A stretch of 64,000 nt of DNA, from positions 39,429-103,428 of the forward strand of contig FR880848.1 in the NCBI GenBank assembly GCA_000434615.1, given 5' to 3'. Under the pieces are notes generated by a model. It ran no database searches and was not told the origin of the DNA. It saw nothing but the letters and a program-made list of their open reading frames with translations. Origin of the DNA: Clostridium sp. CAG:510 (GTDB taxonomy: Bacteria > Bacillota > Clostridia > Lachnospirales > Lachnospiraceae). The position numbers were made by a program, and so were the translations under genes. Position 1 is the first letter of the stretch, and each line of letters begins with the position of its first letter. Shown here in pieces: positions 63,998 to 64,000 of this stretch.

Positions 63998-64000
63998 ATA

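Noticed and set aside
1-64000. Search for mobile-element, phage, toxin-antitoxin, restriction-modification or CRISPR-Cas genes
   Set aside because: I recognised no transposase, integrase, Cas, nuclease or methyltransferase signatures in any frame. All large ORFs have glycan, envelope or peptidase assignments.

Overview
This window is mostly one very large glycopolymer biosynthesis locus on the minus strand, from about 5.4 kb to the right edge at 64 kb. It looks like a Gram-positive (Firmicutes-like) cell-wall polysaccharide or teichoic-acid-like locus. Support for that comes from an LtaS-family enzyme, a TagG/TagH-type ABC exporter, separate membrane acyltransferase (AT3) and SGNH esterase genes, and pyruvyl transferases. 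Genes are tightly packed, with many ATGA or 4-nt start/stop overlaps.

Read in the direction of transcription (high to low coordinates), the locus contains:
- a Wzy/O-antigen-ligase-like membrane protein (possibly truncated at the window edge);
- a CapD/WbpM/PglF-type UDP-GlcNAc 4,6-dehydratase, a small initiating phosphoglycosyltransferase and a short-chain reductase, in the order seen in Staphylococcus cap5 (cap5D-cap5M-cap5N);
- a TviB/WbpO-like UDP-sugar 6-dehydrogenase and a TviC/WbpP-like 4-epimerase;
- a sugar N-formyltransferase and a DUF2334-type (deacetylase-like) protein;
- at least 13 glycosyltransferases from families GT2, GT4, GT6 and GT11;
- three GtrB-like polyprenyl-phosphate sugar synthases, each next to a large polytopic membrane protein with a DD motif in its first external loop (GT-C-like);
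- an FdtA 3,4-ketoisomerase, a frameshifted FdtB-like aminotransferase and a GNAT acetyltransferase;
- an LtaS-family transferase with a GDPD-like partner;
- an AsnB-like amidotransferase;
- two polysaccharide pyruvyl transferases with a radical-SAM enzyme between them;
- a PseB/CapE-family dehydratase, a GNAT and a WecE-like aminotransferase.

The left 5 kb holds a divergent pair of genes whose products have acidic low-complexity N-terminal regions. One of them carries 42-nt tandem repeats and runs off the window edge. The same region has an M20 amidohydrolase, a lipoprotein, and an orphan BlaR1-like M56 protein driven by a consensus sigma-70 promoter.

I found no rRNA, tRNA, CRISPR array, transposase or integrase.

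The most notable signal is an adjacent GT6 (metal-independent, NAN-motif, BoGT6a-like) and GT11 (alpha-1,2-fucosyltransferase) pair. Together these are the enzyme types needed to build a histo-blood-group A/B-like epitope.
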